Part shown: one piece after another, positions 26,651-37,106 of the stretch | Position numbering within the stretch: position 1 is the stretch's first letter | Layout of the letters: each line of letters opens with the position of its first letter | Position numbers and translations under genes: made by a program | The notes under the pieces: generated by a model | What the model was told of the DNA's origin: nothing | Seen by the model: the letters and a program-made list of their open reading frames with translations, nothing else | Databases searched by the model: none | Virus genome (UHGV): UHGV-1377581 | DNA length: 48,047 nt | Origin: a virus | Strand: one strand, 5' to 3'

Positions 26651-26806
26651 GTTGAATACTCCTGTTTTGATGAAAGTTTAACAACGCCATTATGCCCGCT
26701 AGTTAGCTGGATGGCAAGAAATTATAAGCGCCTCGTACAGACATGCGTAGCGTCACAACCCGCATTTCATTAACTGCTGCTTGATTCAATAAAAATCTTA
26801 CTCCCG

Positions 26807-27241
26807 TTAGGTAAGTGCATACCCGTTCGCCTCCGTTTGTTCACATCTTACCGTAAAGCGAACGGGGAAGAACCACCCGGTTTGCGCCTTCTGAACCCCA
26901 TGAACCTCAGCCCACTCGCTTACGTAAAGATCTAATTTATCGTCGCCTAAGATTTTACCTTCAGGGAAATATTTTGCAACGTTTTGCGCGATTAACCTTG
27001 CGGCATCGGTGCCAGTTCCGGGTTTAAAGATCACATCGACCTGAGCCAGCCCCAGGTAAACGCGACACTCCCTGGAGAGGCTAACAGATCGGGAATCCGC
27101 TTCGACGTATGAAAATTTAAGATACGTGTCGCCGTTGGCTGGCGGCGTAAAGTCAACGTTATCGCTCGCGATCTTAATCCCGTTATCGGAGGCAAATTTA
27201 GCCGCCGCTGCCTTGCATTTTAACGCAATATCATAGTGCAT
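26807..27241 (-). CDS. tail terminator / tail completion protein (gpU-like)
   Basis: Gene order. Confidence 0.4.
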   Translation of the reverse strand: MHYDIALKCKAAAAKFASDNGIKIASDNVDFTPPANGDTYLKFSYVEADSRSVSLSRECRVYLGLAQVDVIFKPGTGTDAARLIAQNVAKYFPEGKILGDDKLDLYVSEWAEVHGVQKAQTGWFFPVRFTVRCEQTEANGYALT

Positions 27242-27668
27242 TTTTCGCCCTCGCTCGTTTGATTGCTTCAGTCACATATACGCCTAATCGGATCGCGACT
27301 ACTCCCATAACGCCATTCGGCGCTTGTTTTGAGTGTCCGTATTCGAGCGCGTTAGCATAGATTAGCATGTTACTGAACCAGATCGAAGTAATCCCGGCTC
27401 CCTTTGTGAACAGAGCAATGTTCGCGTTGCCGTTCTGGATAGTCTTCGTCCCGGTCTGGTCGTATGCGTTGATGGCGTAAAGTGGCGCACGGTTAAAAGT
27501 GATTTGCCAGTTGCCACGGAAGCGGCCTGTATCGACAGGAGAACGCATCACAAGATCCTTTAGGATATCCTCGCACGTCATGCGTACAACGTCCTCCAGA
27601 GCATCACCAGCCGCCTTGCACCATGCATCAATCGCACCTGTGAATTCACGGATGGTGTAATTAGCCAT
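27231..27668 (-). CDS. tail completion / neck protein (gpZ-like)
   Basis: Gene order. Start at ATG MANYTIREF. Confidence 0.4.
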   Translation of the reverse strand: MANYTIREFTGAIDAWCKAAGDALEDVVRMTCEDILKDLVMRSPVDTGRFRGNWQITFNRAPLYAINAYDQTGTKTIQNGNANIALFTKGAGITSIWFSNMLIYANALEYGHSKQAPNGVMGVVAIRLGVYVTEAIKRARAKNAL

Positions 27669-28038
27669 AAGTCGCCACCCTTCGCAAAACTGGACGGTAA
27701 GCAACGACGGTTCCCGTTGGTTTCACCGGGCGGGCATTAACCACGCGATAGCGCTCCCCGTCGACGTCGATTTCGTCACCTTCCATGATTGGTACGTCGT
27801 GAGTGAAGAAGCCGCGCTTGTCGCCAGCGAGGATAGTTTCGCCGTTGATATCGCGATCTTTGATATCCCGCACCGCACCTTTGATTGTGGTCACAACCTC
27901 GCCAGGGATGATATCCTCCCCGGTTTCGGGGTCGATGCCGCCGCCAGCGCCTTTGGTGTACTTGTTGAATACGCCATCGGCATCGCTGAAAAACTTGATG
28001 CCCGCACTAGCGCGGGCCTGAATTGCTTTGTAGTTCAT
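27661..28038 (-). CDS. head-tail joining protein (head closure)
   Basis: Gene order. Start at MNYKAIQ with SD GGGAGG. Confidence 0.4.
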   Translation of the reverse strand: MNYKAIQARASAGIKFFSDADGVFNKYTKGAGGGIDPETGEDIIPGEVVTTIKGAVRDIKDRDINGETILAGDKRGFFTHDVPIMEGDEIDVDGERYRVVNARPVKPTGTVVAYRPVLRRVATYG

Positions 28039-28043
28039 GGCGT

Positions 28044-28460
28044 TTAACCTCCCATGCCGCAACGATGAAGACCGCCAGCGGTCATAAGGCCGAAGCCGCC
28101 GCCGCGCATTTTCAGCATGCGCCAGTACATTTTACCCCACGGAGTTGATAGCATTTCGTTGTCACTAGCCGAAGACACGCGATCGAATGTTTGGGAAAAC
28201 TCCCCGGTCAGGGTGAATGACGATACACGCTGCGAGTATGATTCCACGCTTTCGCCTTCCTGCTTCATTGCGCCGTCCAGAAACATCAGGTGCATGGTCA
28301 TCAGCGCCAACGCTGTAATGATCGAATCGCCGAACTTAGACGCGCATACGAATTCCTCAGCCAGCACCACCCACGCGGTTAACAGTTCTTCAGGTACTTC
28401 TTTAAGCGGCGGCGCGAGGCTGCGCATTTTGTCGATCACATCTTGAATCGTATAATTCAT
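28044..28460 (-). CDS. head-tail connector protein
   Basis: Gene order downstream of the capsid genes. Confidence 0.4.
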   Translation of the reverse strand: MNYTIQDVIDKMRSLAPPLKEVPEELLTAWVVLAEEFVCASKFGDSIITALALMTMHLMFLDGAMKQEGESVESYSQRVSSFTLTGEFSQTFDRVSSASDNEMLSTPWGKMYWRMLKMRGGGFGLMTAGGLHRCGMGG

Positions 28461-28512
28461 GGTCTTTCTCCAGATATGAAAAAGGACGCCGTAGCGCCCT
28501 TGTTGGTTTTTT

Positions 28513-28821
28513 TTATTCGGCGCTCGTAGGCTGCACGATGGTTTTTGCTTTCGCTTTCACTGCTGCGATGTAGTCGCGAGTGCGGCGAATATCATCGTGG
28601 AATTCTACGCGGCCTTTGAAGATATCGTGGCGGAAGCGGTCAACTTGAGACTCTTCGATCTCGAAGGTTTCGCCAGGTAGCACTTTCTTGCCGTCGAACT
28701 TAATCAGGCAAGCGCCCACGTTTTGCATTGTTACCATATCCGGCTTCGCGGTTTCCGGCTGTGAGCTTTCCGGCTTTTCGTTGATTTCCGGTTCGATGGT
28801 AGCAGTATCTTTTTTAGCCAT
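28513..28821 (-). CDS. hypothetical head-associated protein
   Basis: ATG with SD AGGAGA. Flanked by terminators. Confidence 0.4.
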   Translation of the reverse strand: MAKKDTATIEPEINEKPESSQPETAKPDMVTMQNVGACLIKFDGKKVLPGETFEIEESQVDRFRHDIFKGRVEFHDDIRRTRDYIAAVKAKAKTIVQPTSAE

Positions 28822-28883
28822 TTTATATCTCTCCTGTTTTGGTGAGGTTTGATTTAAACACAATGAAAGGTTTTTCGCAACAA

Positions 28884-28912
28884 TAAAAAATGGCCCCGAA
28901 GGGCCATTCTAA
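28884..28912 (-). terminator. terminator after the major capsid gene (GGCCCTTCGGGGCC plus T5)
   Basis: Hairpin plus T-tract on the minus strand. Confidence 0.6.
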
Positions 28913-29854
28913 TTACACGCCAGAAAGAATGGCGATAGTCAGCGGACGATACACGATGAGGCCAGTGCATTTGGAGGTGCAAGGCACTTTGAAATGCAGG
29001 TCTTTCGGCTGCATCGGCAGCATGTTGAAGCGTTCCGGGATCTCGATCGACATATTCATCGGATCTTTTTCGTATGCCAGCACGCCTTTAGTATCTGCGC
29101 CGTCGATATCTTCCAGTTCCGCAATCGCGGTGATGGTGACATTCGGGTAGTTCTCTTTGAACCACGCGAGGTAACTTTCCGTAACGTCCGGCATTTTCTG
29201 CGTCAGCAGGCGGCGCTTGGACGGCGGGATCACGATGTTGGTAACATGGTGACGACCCAGCGTTACATCTTCGATCGTCTCGATCAGATCCTGCAACTCG
29301 CTGAATGCGATTTCCGGCGTAGTCCAGCTTGCGGAGGTCAGACGGTTAATGTTCGGCTGATCGAACACGCTAACGATGTTATGCGGCGCGGAACCTTTGA
29401 ACACCAGATCGTTAACCAAGGTTTCATGGCCTTCGCGTGCAAGAGACGCTTTGCGGTCGCTCAGGCTGGAACCCAGCGCCTGACCTGCTTTGATTTCGTC
29501 GATGGAGATAAACCACGCGTTACCCAGGCGGAACACTTTGCCAGTTTTCTCGGACGCCATCGCTTCAACGGTCGGCAGGTCGTCGGTATAATCCGCGATG
29601 ATTTTCGCAGAGGTTACGCCGTCAAACTCCAGCCATTCAAAGTTTTTCGTTACCGGACTCAGTTCGGTAGTAACCGGGAAAAGCTCCAGCACACCAGTTT
29701 GCGGGTAAGCCTGCTCGTACTGGCGATTTAAGAGTTGGGTAAGCTGATTAACAGTCCAGATGCCGTGCGCGTCGAGTTTGTTAGCGTCGATGCCCATACC
29801 CTGCATTGCAACCTTGATTGCATTCTGCTCGAATGCATCTAATTTCATAGTCAT
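28913..29854 (-). CDS. major capsid protein (HK97 fold)
   Basis: 313 aa, T1-type MCP features. Strongest terminator downstream. Confidence 0.8.
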   Translation of the reverse strand: MTMKLDAFEQNAIKVAMQGMGIDANKLDAHGIWTVNQLTQLLNRQYEQAYPQTGVLELFPVTTELSPVTKNFEWLEFDGVTSAKIIADYTDDLPTVEAMASEKTGKVFRLGNAWFISIDEIKAGQALGSSLSDRKASLAREGHETLVNDLVFKGSAPHNIVSVFDQPNINRLTSASWTTPEIAFSELQDLIETIEDVTLGRHHVTNIVIPPSKRRLLTQKMPDVTESYLAWFKENYPNVTITAIAELEDIDGADTKGVLAYEKDPMNMSIEIPERFNMLPMQPKDLHFKVPCTSKCTGLIVYRPLTIAILSGV

Positions 29855-29930
29855 TTGAAACTCCTGTTTGTGTGTTTTGACTTAACGAGATGAAGAATAG
29901 CACGAATTGCTAAACGGTCAAAGGTTTTTT

Positions 29931-29962
29931 TAACGTATGAAAAAGGGGCCGAAGCCCCTATT
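29931..29962. terminator. bidirectional terminator (GGGGCCGAAGCCCC flanked by A5/T5)
   Basis: Hairpin with flanking runs. Confidence 0.55.
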
Positions 29963-29963
29963 T

Positions 29964-30476
29964 TTACGCCCCACCAGTAGCGGTAGCGGCTGGCGCGGTT
30001 GCGTCCTGCGTTAACTGGATTTTCACCAGGACTACGCCATCTTTGTTTTTGAACCACTCGCCAGTGTGAGTGTACCCGGTTTTGATTAGGCCAGCATCGC
30101 CTTTTGCCACGGTGCCATCATCACCGAAAGTTACCGGCGACTTAAAAGCACAATCAGCTGCGGTTACGGTAGATGCAGCGCGACACCACACGCGGCCATG
30201 CGTCATAACGTTTACGGCGGAAAATTTGTCGTATTTGAATTCCGGCGATTGGTAATGGGAATGAGTGGTTACGCCCACCAGAACAGCATCAGCAGTTTTA
30301 GCGGTATCGACCACTTTATGACCATCAACAACGCCACCGGACAACGCGACCAGAACGCCAGTTAAAATGTCATTTGCAGCGGCACAGGTGCCGTCGATGT
30401 TGTACAGCGAAGTATCCGCGATCTGGCCCGGAATGCAAATATCGCGCTTGCGGGTATAGGTTGCAGGAATTGCCAT
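29964..30476 (-). CDS. head decoration / auxiliary head protein
   Basis: Position between the scaffold and MCP genes. Confidence 0.4.
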   Translation of the reverse strand: MAIPATYTRKRDICIPGQIADTSLYNIDGTCAAANDILTGVLVALSGGVVDGHKVVDTAKTADAVLVGVTTHSHYQSPEFKYDKFSAVNVMTHGRVWCRAASTVTAADCAFKSPVTFGDDGTVAKGDAGLIKTGYTHTGEWFKNKDGVVLVKIQLTQDATAPAATATGGA

Positions 30477-30527
30477 GATTAAATCTCCTTGTTTTGGATT
30501 TTGTAGCGGCCCGAAGGCCGCACGGTA

Positions 30528-31658
30528 TTAGTTACGGAATTTGGCTTGCGGGTCGATGATGTTAGAACCATCGAGTTTCGGCGCGCCTTTCTTGTCTTCC
30601 TGCTCACCATCTTCTTTTTTGGCGAAGACTTTAGAGCGATTGCTTGCCATCTTATCAGAATTGGAGATAAAGTCAAAAGAAGCGTCGATATACGAATCTT
30701 CTTTATCTGACAAGTCGCGGCCATCCGCTTCTTTGATGTAAGCAACTTTCATCGCTTTAACGTCCAGGCTGTCGCACTTGATGCCAGCGGCGGAGACGAT
30801 CGCGACAACTTTCTGCTTCGCGTCTTCGTCGGCTTTGATTTTGGCAACGCGTGCCGCCACTTCATCTTCAATGCCATCAACTTTGGTTTGAAGTGCGTCG
30901 CGCTCTGCGGTGATGCTCGTTACCTGACTGGTTGCGGTTGCGATCTGTGCGTCCAGTTTAGCAATATGTGCGCCTACGTTATCGGCTACTTCGACGTCTA
31001 CGCCGTCAATTTTGATAATCATCGTTTTAGCTCCTTTGTGGTTTGAGTCGTCATCATAGGGAAATTCTTGCTCACTATCAAGATTTAATTTCGCAATTCC
31101 CGCACGCCCGCGAAAAACAAGCGCCACATGGTTAACGCGAATCTTCGTTTGCACGGCATCAAAGCGAACCCAATCAGAGACGGAATCGTTTTTCAGTTCT
31201 TCGAAGTTTTCCGGTAGGTCTTCATCGAAGTAGTATTCGCCCGTCGCGTTGTTGCCCCAGCCTTTTTTGTCGATATCGATCGAGGTGTACCCAACGGACA
31301 ATTCAGCCGCTACGCGCCGTTTCGCCTGCTCGATCGACTCCCCGTCGTAAATCATCACCGGAACCAGAACCCCGATCCCGTCCTCTTTGCCAGCGCCGGA
31401 ACAGGATCCGACCACCAGCCCTTTCGCGTTTTTGGCGTTGACCATCTTGTGACCCAAAGTAATTGGCTTGCCTTGGTATGACGCCAGCGATTCAGCGTCG
31501 AACACCTCGGAGCGCGGGCGAAACTCAACGCGTGGGCCGTTCGGGGTCTGGTAGGTCTGTGCGCCGATACGCGCAACGATCGGGGTATCGACCAGAAAGC
31601 CGTTTTCATCAAAGCGGGCCTTCACCTTTACCGTGTCGAATCTTTGAACTCTTTTCAT
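30528..31658 (-). CDS. prohead protease/scaffold protein
   Basis: Coiled-coil Ala/Lys/Glu-rich C-terminal half typical of scaffolds. Position after the head morphogenesis gene. Confidence 0.5.
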   Translation of the reverse strand: MKRVQRFDTVKVKARFDENGFLVDTPIVARIGAQTYQTPNGPRVEFRPRSEVFDAESLASYQGKPITLGHKMVNAKNAKGLVVGSCSGAGKEDGIGVLVPVMIYDGESIEQAKRRVAAELSVGYTSIDIDKKGWGNNATGEYYFDEDLPENFEELKNDSVSDWVRFDAVQTKIRVNHVALVFRGRAGIAKLNLDSEQEFPYDDDSNHKGAKTMIIKIDGVDVEVADNVGAHIAKLDAQIATATSQVTSITAERDALQTKVDGIEDEVAARVAKIKADEDAKQKVVAIVSAAGIKCDSLDVKAMKVAYIKEADGRDLSDKEDSYIDASFDFISNSDKMASNRSKVFAKKEDGEQEDKKGAPKLDGSNIIDPQAKFRN

Positions 31659-32425
31659 TGTAATTCCTCTACGTTATTAAAATCGGGAACCGCCCAGCAA
31701 CGGCAACCGTACTCCTCGCCGGGAAAAATGCCGTCACCGTTTACGCGGCGTCGCTTACCTTCTAGTTTGATGTGGCTTTCGCGTTCGCGGTCGTCCATCA
31801 TGCCGAACCAAAAGTAATGCGATACTTTAGCATCTTTTAGTCGCTGCATCATCAACATACTGTTAAAACTTCCGATAATGCCGCTCGCCCGGTTGCGCGA
31901 CCAACTGCCATAAATGGCGTATCGGCCCTCGATGATTTCATCGATCTGTTCGCGAGTCTTGCCGATGTTGTTGGCGGTTCTAACTTTCGTTGTCCAGTCA
32001 GCGACGATATCGGCTGTTAACTTCTGGATTGATGCCTTTGCGGTGTCCTGCCATTTCTTCAGCGCCTGCTGATACCACTGCTCATAACCACCAGCGCCGA
32101 ACTCCTTCAGCATCATGACCGCTTCATTATCGCGCCCGCCAGCCGCCAGTGCAATAACCAGCCACTGCTTAGAGTTGAAGCGGTAGATAGTCAGGCCAAT
32201 GGAGGCAAGCGCCGCAATGACGGTGACAAAGAACGCGATCGCCGCCTCGTTGATATCGTCTTCCGCCTCGTTGATTTCCTCTGCCGTGGCGTCGAACTTC
32301 AGGCGGTCTAACCGATCCCGCATTTCCACCACCAGATCGGTTGTCGCGTCCTTCATCAAGCGGGATAAATCCCGCTCGCTTGCTTCAGGATAACGCCAGT
32401 TTGGAATTCTGCCGTTAACTTTCAT
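31655..32425 (-). CDS. head morphogenesis protein (SPP1 gp7 / Mu F family)
   Basis: C-terminal signature FGMMDDRERESH...CRCW. Confidence 0.65.
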   Translation of the reverse strand: MKVNGRIPNWRYPEASERDLSRLMKDATTDLVVEMRDRLDRLKFDATAEEINEAEDDINEAAIAFFVTVIAALASIGLTIYRFNSKQWLVIALAAGGRDNEAVMMLKEFGAGGYEQWYQQALKKWQDTAKASIQKLTADIVADWTTKVRTANNIGKTREQIDEIIEGRYAIYGSWSRNRASGIIGSFNSMLMMQRLKDAKVSHYFWFGMMDDRERESHIKLEGKRRRVNGDGIFPGEEYGCRCWAVPDFNNVEELQ

Positions 32426-33734
32426 CGCCGCCTTCCTCCGTGTTGTTCAGGATCTGCGTGCTTTGCGTTTTGGTCTTGCTTGACCCTGACGTGCGATCCG
32501 GTAGCTGCTTCTGTTCCGGCGCATTTCCCTTCAATTTCAGTTCGGGAACCATCGCGGATAGAGTATCGCGCGCTTCGTTCGCGTCAATGACCTGATCCGT
32601 AACCAGTCCTTGTACTGCTTCGGCGTTTTTCTTAAAGATATCAGCCTTCTCTGAATCGGTCGGCAGTGACAGCGGTTCGAACTCTACGCTGAAGTCTTCC
32701 TCAGTGACGATGAATTGTAGCAGGAATTCTAACAGCGGTTTGTAGTCGTCGTTGCGCTTCCGCTCCACCAGCTTATAAAACGTCTGCAACGCAGTGTTTT
32801 GGCTGGCACTAACGCCACCTGTGTTTTTGTTCTTCAGTACAATTTCGTGAATACCTGACAGCGCGACAATCCGATCCATTTTGGCGGACAAGAATTCCGG
32901 GATGCCTGAAATATCAGAGTTAATCACGGTGTATTCTTCGTCGTCCGCATCAATGCCGATCGTGTTACCAACACCGGAATTCGCGTCAACCTGTGCCATG
33001 CGCAATCGGGCCGCGTATTCGCCCTCCCTGTCGTCGCAGATTAGAGCAAGACCTTTGGCCTTCCATACGCCCTGCTGCTTACGCTTCAGCAACTGCGTTG
33101 CGAGGTACTCCGAATAATCGTAATCAAGAATCGCTTCAATCATCGACTTGTTCAGCACCGTACCGCCAGCGCCCTTGTTGAGTTTTCGCACCTTGTTGGT
33201 TACGCGCTCGCCGTCGATGTAGTGCATGCGGGTATAATGCACGTTAAAGTCGCTTCCGCCGTTTAGCGGCTTAACGGTGTACATTTTAGGCTTGCCGAAT
33301 CGTGGGCTTCGCGGGTTCTTCTCCTCCTCCGCTACGGACACCGAATCGTAGTCGTAAACGACAATTGATTCCAGCGGCTTGCCTCGCTTCGCGGCTGAAG
33401 TCAGCATGCGGCCATCGTTAACCATCGCCAGGATGTAAGAGCCACCATACAGGCGCGCCCAGCAGAGGGCATCGGTGATTTGCGGCTCAAGTTTAAGGCC
33501 GTCCCACTCTGACTGGAATTTAGTATTATCGGAGACGCCGTTAAGCTGGAATCCGGGCGACACCATTTCTTCCGGGATCACGTCAACAATCTTTTTCGCC
33601 AGTCCGTTGCTGTGATAGAACTCCTCGATTTGCGACATATTCCCGAACGTGCTTGCAATCATCGCCGTGGTTGACGCGTACCCCGCGCCACCATTGAAGA
33701 TCTGATTGTAATCATCCATCTTGATAGCTTTCAT
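32415..33734 (-). CDS. portal protein
   Basis: 439 aa, immediately downstream of TerL, acidic C-terminus. Confidence 0.8.
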   Translation of the reverse strand: MKAIKMDDYNQIFNGGAGYASTTAMIASTFGNMSQIEEFYHSNGLAKKIVDVIPEEMVSPGFQLNGVSDNTKFQSEWDGLKLEPQITDALCWARLYGGSYILAMVNDGRMLTSAAKRGKPLESIVVYDYDSVSVAEEEKNPRSPRFGKPKMYTVKPLNGGSDFNVHYTRMHYIDGERVTNKVRKLNKGAGGTVLNKSMIEAILDYDYSEYLATQLLKRKQQGVWKAKGLALICDDREGEYAARLRMAQVDANSGVGNTIGIDADDEEYTVINSDISGIPEFLSAKMDRIVALSGIHEIVLKNKNTGGVSASQNTALQTFYKLVERKRNDDYKPLLEFLLQFIVTEEDFSVEFEPLSLPTDSEKADIFKKNAEAVQGLVTDQVIDANEARDTLSAMVPELKLKGNAPEQKQLPDRTSGSSKTKTQSTQILNNTEEGGDES

Positions 33735-33780
33735 ATTTTAACCTTGTGTGATTTGTGGGCCGTTAAGCCCACATTATGTA

Positions 33781-35385
33781 TTAGCGGCCCAGCTTTTTCA
33801 ATCCTGCTAGGCGTTTCATTCGCTCTACCGGGTCGTCGCTCAGGTTCATTTCCAGGTTCGCGGCGTCAAATACGTTGTCGCAAATGTCATCGTGGGGATG
33901 TGAATCGTCATATGTAAATGCGCTCATTTCCGCCACAAGCTCCGCAATGAACGGATGGTTGTCCGGCAGTACGACGCGGCCACCCTTGATAATTGGCTGC
34001 GCATCCATCGCGCGAGTAACCTTATCTTTGTCTCGCTGAACCGGGACGATCTCACCCATGCCATTAACTGCTTTGGTTAGATCCTGGATTAGACCCGTGC
34101 CGCTAGCCTTGTCTTCGATGTAAATCTTTCGCAGATTCCCGCATTCCTTGTTTCTGCGCCAGCACTGCTTAATGAATGCCTCGGCCTGCACGCGCAAATC
34201 CGGCGCTTCCCACTTACCACGAATTCCATCAATGAAGTAGACGCGATCGCGGTACTTGCCCCAATAGCACAGCACGGAATAGTCGTTTAACTCGTTCGTC
34301 TTCTGCGCGGTATCCGCCGTAATGAAGGTGTATTCGAACTTGTCCGGGCGCGGTTCATGCGCCTTTTCGCTGTCGCCGTAATAGCGCCACCATTCCGACT
34401 TAAACACGTTACCGCCCAATGCGATCGGCTCCTGCTGATACTGCGAAAGGAACGTATAAAGATCGGCATCGCGCAAGGCAACCAGGTTATCGATCGATTC
34501 GTTGTCCTCCCAAAATGACCAGTATTCGACACCATCAATGACCACCGACGGCCCGGATAACACGTCGCGTTCGAACTCAGGACGCAACCAGTCAGGGAGC
34601 GATTCGCCGTATTCCCTCGTTACCATCGCCGGAATAACAATGCGATCGAATTCGATAGCCATCCCGCCGCTCATCATGAACCAGGTGGAATCCTGTGCAT
34701 GCAGCCGCTGCTGTACGGACAGGATCGGCGTTTCGTCGCCTTGTTTCTTCTTCGCACGACGGGATCGAATGGTGTTCTTCAGCAAGATGTGGCTCTTTTC
34801 GCGCTTCACCTTTGAGAACATATCATCAGGCTTGTCGATATCATCCAGCGCGATTAGGCCGCTGAAACCCGGCGTCATGTACCCGCCACGCTTACCGACG
34901 ATCTGACCACCAGACGAACGGGACACCATTTCCAGCCTTACGCGATCGTTGTCATCCAAAACCTGGAATTCGTCGATCTGCTTCCGCCCGAATTTCGAGG
35001 GCCATAGCTCCTGCCATTCTCCCGATGAAAAGATCTTGATTACGCGGTCGGAGTTGCCTTTCGAAAGCGCATCACCCTGCGAGATCTGAAGGTTGCGAAC
35101 CTTCCGGCACTTGAGATACGCATACGGCGCGAGGTGGATAGAAAACGCTTCGGTTTTCGTCGAACCAGGCGCAACGTTTACGATCGTGCTTTTGCGCTTC
35201 CCGGCGATGATTTCATCTACCGTGTGGCAAAAGTAGGAGTGATGCCAGTTCCACATCAGCTTTTCGCCCTGGATAATCTGAAACCAGATCTTCAGGAATA
35301 GCGAAAAGTTGCGCGTACTCAATGCCTTGATTGCCAGCTTATCGGCTGGCTTCAGGTCTTCCCAAATAATCATTTCGTCATTCAT
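33781..35385 (-). CDS. terminase large subunit
   Basis: ATPase Walker B/coupling motifs (LIALDDIDKPDD) and a C-terminal RNaseH-like nuclease. Confidence 0.85.
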   Translation of the reverse strand: MNDEMIIWEDLKPADKLAIKALSTRNFSLFLKIWFQIIQGEKLMWNWHHSYFCHTVDEIIAGKRKSTIVNVAPGSTKTEAFSIHLAPYAYLKCRKVRNLQISQGDALSKGNSDRVIKIFSSGEWQELWPSKFGRKQIDEFQVLDDNDRVRLEMVSRSSGGQIVGKRGGYMTPGFSGLIALDDIDKPDDMFSKVKREKSHILLKNTIRSRRAKKKQGDETPILSVQQRLHAQDSTWFMMSGGMAIEFDRIVIPAMVTREYGESLPDWLRPEFERDVLSGPSVVIDGVEYWSFWEDNESIDNLVALRDADLYTFLSQYQQEPIALGGNVFKSEWWRYYGDSEKAHEPRPDKFEYTFITADTAQKTNELNDYSVLCYWGKYRDRVYFIDGIRGKWEAPDLRVQAEAFIKQCWRRNKECGNLRKIYIEDKASGTGLIQDLTKAVNGMGEIVPVQRDKDKVTRAMDAQPIIKGGRVVLPDNHPFIAELVAEMSAFTYDDSHPHDDICDNVFDAANLEMNLSDDPVERMKRLAGLKKLGR

Positions 35386-35394
35386 GATCGGCCC

Positions 35395-35919
35395 TTAAAT
35401 CTTGTCCAGAATGTTACTAACAGCCTTCTCCAATACTTCATCGGTGATCTCGTTCTTGTTGCCAGCTACGGCGTCAATGTTGAGAACAGCGGGCTTATCG
35501 ATCCCCATTTCCTTACCGACGAACGAAGCGTTAATCATGCCGACGGCAGCAAGCTGGAATTTCTGCTCATAGATTACAGAGTCGATAAACTCCATGACCG
35601 GGGCATAGTTAGGGTCGTGGCGATAGCGTACAAGAGTTGACTGGTTCACGCCGCAAAACAGGCTTAACCCTGTTATCGTGAAAATACGCGGCTTGTTCAC
35701 TCCCCACTCGTTAACGTCGCCCTGGAAAGTGGCTGTTTCCGCAGCCTTGATGGCGTTTTCTTCGGCCCACTGGAAATAACCCTTCGCGATCTCGAAGAAT
35801 TGTTGTGGCGTCATTTCGGCGGTTCGCCCCAGCACTACGCCAAAATCTTTTTCGTATAGCGCCTTGAAATTGCCTTCGAAGTGCGATTTCGTTACGCGTT
35901 TTTTGCGTTCTTCAGACAT
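35395..35919 (-). CDS. terminase small subunit
   Basis: Immediately upstream of TerL. Start at ATG with SD AGGAGGA (the longer ORF to 36000 would span a terminator). Confidence 0.5.
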   Translation of the reverse strand: MSEERKKRVTKSHFEGNFKALYEKDFGVVLGRTAEMTPQQFFEIAKGYFQWAEENAIKAAETATFQGDVNEWGVNKPRIFTITGLSLFCGVNQSTLVRYRHDPNYAPVMEFIDSVIYEQKFQLAAVGMINASFVGKEMGIDKPAVLNIDAVAGNKNEITDEVLEKAVSNILDKI

Positions 35920-35967
35920 TGTGAATCCTCCTTCTGTGTTGAGTTGCGAGTATACCAGATTGCAGGC

Positions 35968-35994
35968 ACAAAAAAACCCGCCGAAGCGGGTTAT
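35968..35994 (-). terminator. terminator (AACCCGCTTCGGCGGGTT plus T7)
   Basis: Hairpin plus T-tract on the minus strand. Confidence 0.55.
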
Positions 35995-35996
35995 GT

Positions 35997-36260
35997 TCAT
36001 ATCAGTTTGTTACGCCGCTTCAGTGTTTTCTGAAGTGATGCAAATGGCTCACAGTCAACATACGGGAGCGGCGAAAACTCAATTCGTTTCGCGATACCTC
36101 CCGGATCGCCAATTTTTTCCCAGCGTTTCGTTTTCTTGTTGTACAGCATCGCGGCGAAAGTGCCTTCATGCACGCGTTTGGACAGCCGCTCGACAAGGTG
36201 GAAAGTGCCTGCATAGAAGCCTATGACCAGCATAATTAATGCGACAATCAGAGTTATCAT
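35997..36260 (-). CDS. small membrane protein
   Basis: N-terminal transmembrane helix (LIVALIMLVIGFYAG). Confidence 0.45.
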   Translation of the reverse strand: MITLIVALIMLVIGFYAGTFHLVERLSKRVHEGTFAAMLYNKKTKRWEKIGDPGGIAKRIEFSPLPYVDCEPFASLQKTLKRRNKLI

Positions 36261-36448
36261 TGTGTTGCTTCCATTACGTAGTTGATGCTTATTTTGTGAG
36301 TGTCCAGGTTTACGCCGGATTGTTTTTTTGCTTTCTCTACCGCGTCGGCGGTATCGTTCGCTTCAATCGTCATGCTGAACTCTTGAATGCAGGACTTGCA
36401 AAAGCCGCCCATTTTCCTTGCTGTGAGTATGACCTTGTACTGCATCAT
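36257..36448 (-). CDS. hypothetical protein
   Basis: ATG after a G-rich SD. Terminator hairpin upstream at about 36465-36495. Confidence 0.45.
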   Translation of the reverse strand: MMQYKVILTARKMGGFCKSCIQEFSMTIEANDTADAVEKAKKQSGVNLDTHKISINYVMEATQ

Positions 36449-36578
36449 AACCCCCCCCAATAAAAGCCCCAAAGCGGGGCGAGACTTGCGGATGTTTGCC
36501 GCCTCTTGTGTCTACGCTTTTAACGATACCCGGTCAGCGTGAATGCGTCAATAGGCGGTTGATTCGTTCGCTTATTTT

Positions 36579-36812
36579 TTACTCATACTCGCCATCACGG
36601 CGACCGAAACGGCCTTCGAGATAGCCAGCCAGCCAGATAAACTGACCGCGAGTTAACAGCGTGTTGACTTCGGCCCAATGCTTATCGATCATCCTGGCTG
36701 CAACCTGATCGTAAGTCTTTTTGTCTTTCCGTATGGCGTCTTTGGTTTCCGCCGTCATTCGTTTCGCCACGCGCTTCACAGCGTTGTACTGCGCCTCATT
36801 CAGTCCGAACAT
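36579..36812 (-). CDS. hypothetical protein
   Basis: ORF. Confidence 0.5.
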   Translation of the reverse strand: MFGLNEAQYNAVKRVAKRMTAETKDAIRKDKKTYDQVAARMIDKHWAEVNTLLTRGQFIWLAGYLEGRFGRRDGEYE

Positions 36813-37037
36813 TTAAGCCTTCTCCCATTCGACCCAGGTTCCGCGAGCAATGAAGATCTCGACACGCAGAGGGGCATTAAAATTTCTGTAGATGAAGATG
36901 AAACCTTTCTTGCTGTCGGTTTCGACCTGTGTAACCGGAAAGGCCAGCGGAGTAATCGTATCGACCGACTCACTCATCTGGATACCCGTTACCGTTGCGC
37001 CAATCGGCATATCTTCGACTTTTGAGAACTCAGACAT
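36813..37037 (-). CDS. hypothetical protein
   Basis: ORF. Confidence 0.5.
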   Translation of the reverse strand: MSEFSKVEDMPIGATVTGIQMSESVDTITPLAFPVTQVETDSKKGFIFIYRNFNAPLRVEIFIARGTWVEWEKA

Positions 37038-37106
37038 AGAATCACCTTAATGAAATTTGCACCCGCCATAATCGCTTACAGGCGCTTTAAATGGTATACG
37101 AATTCG

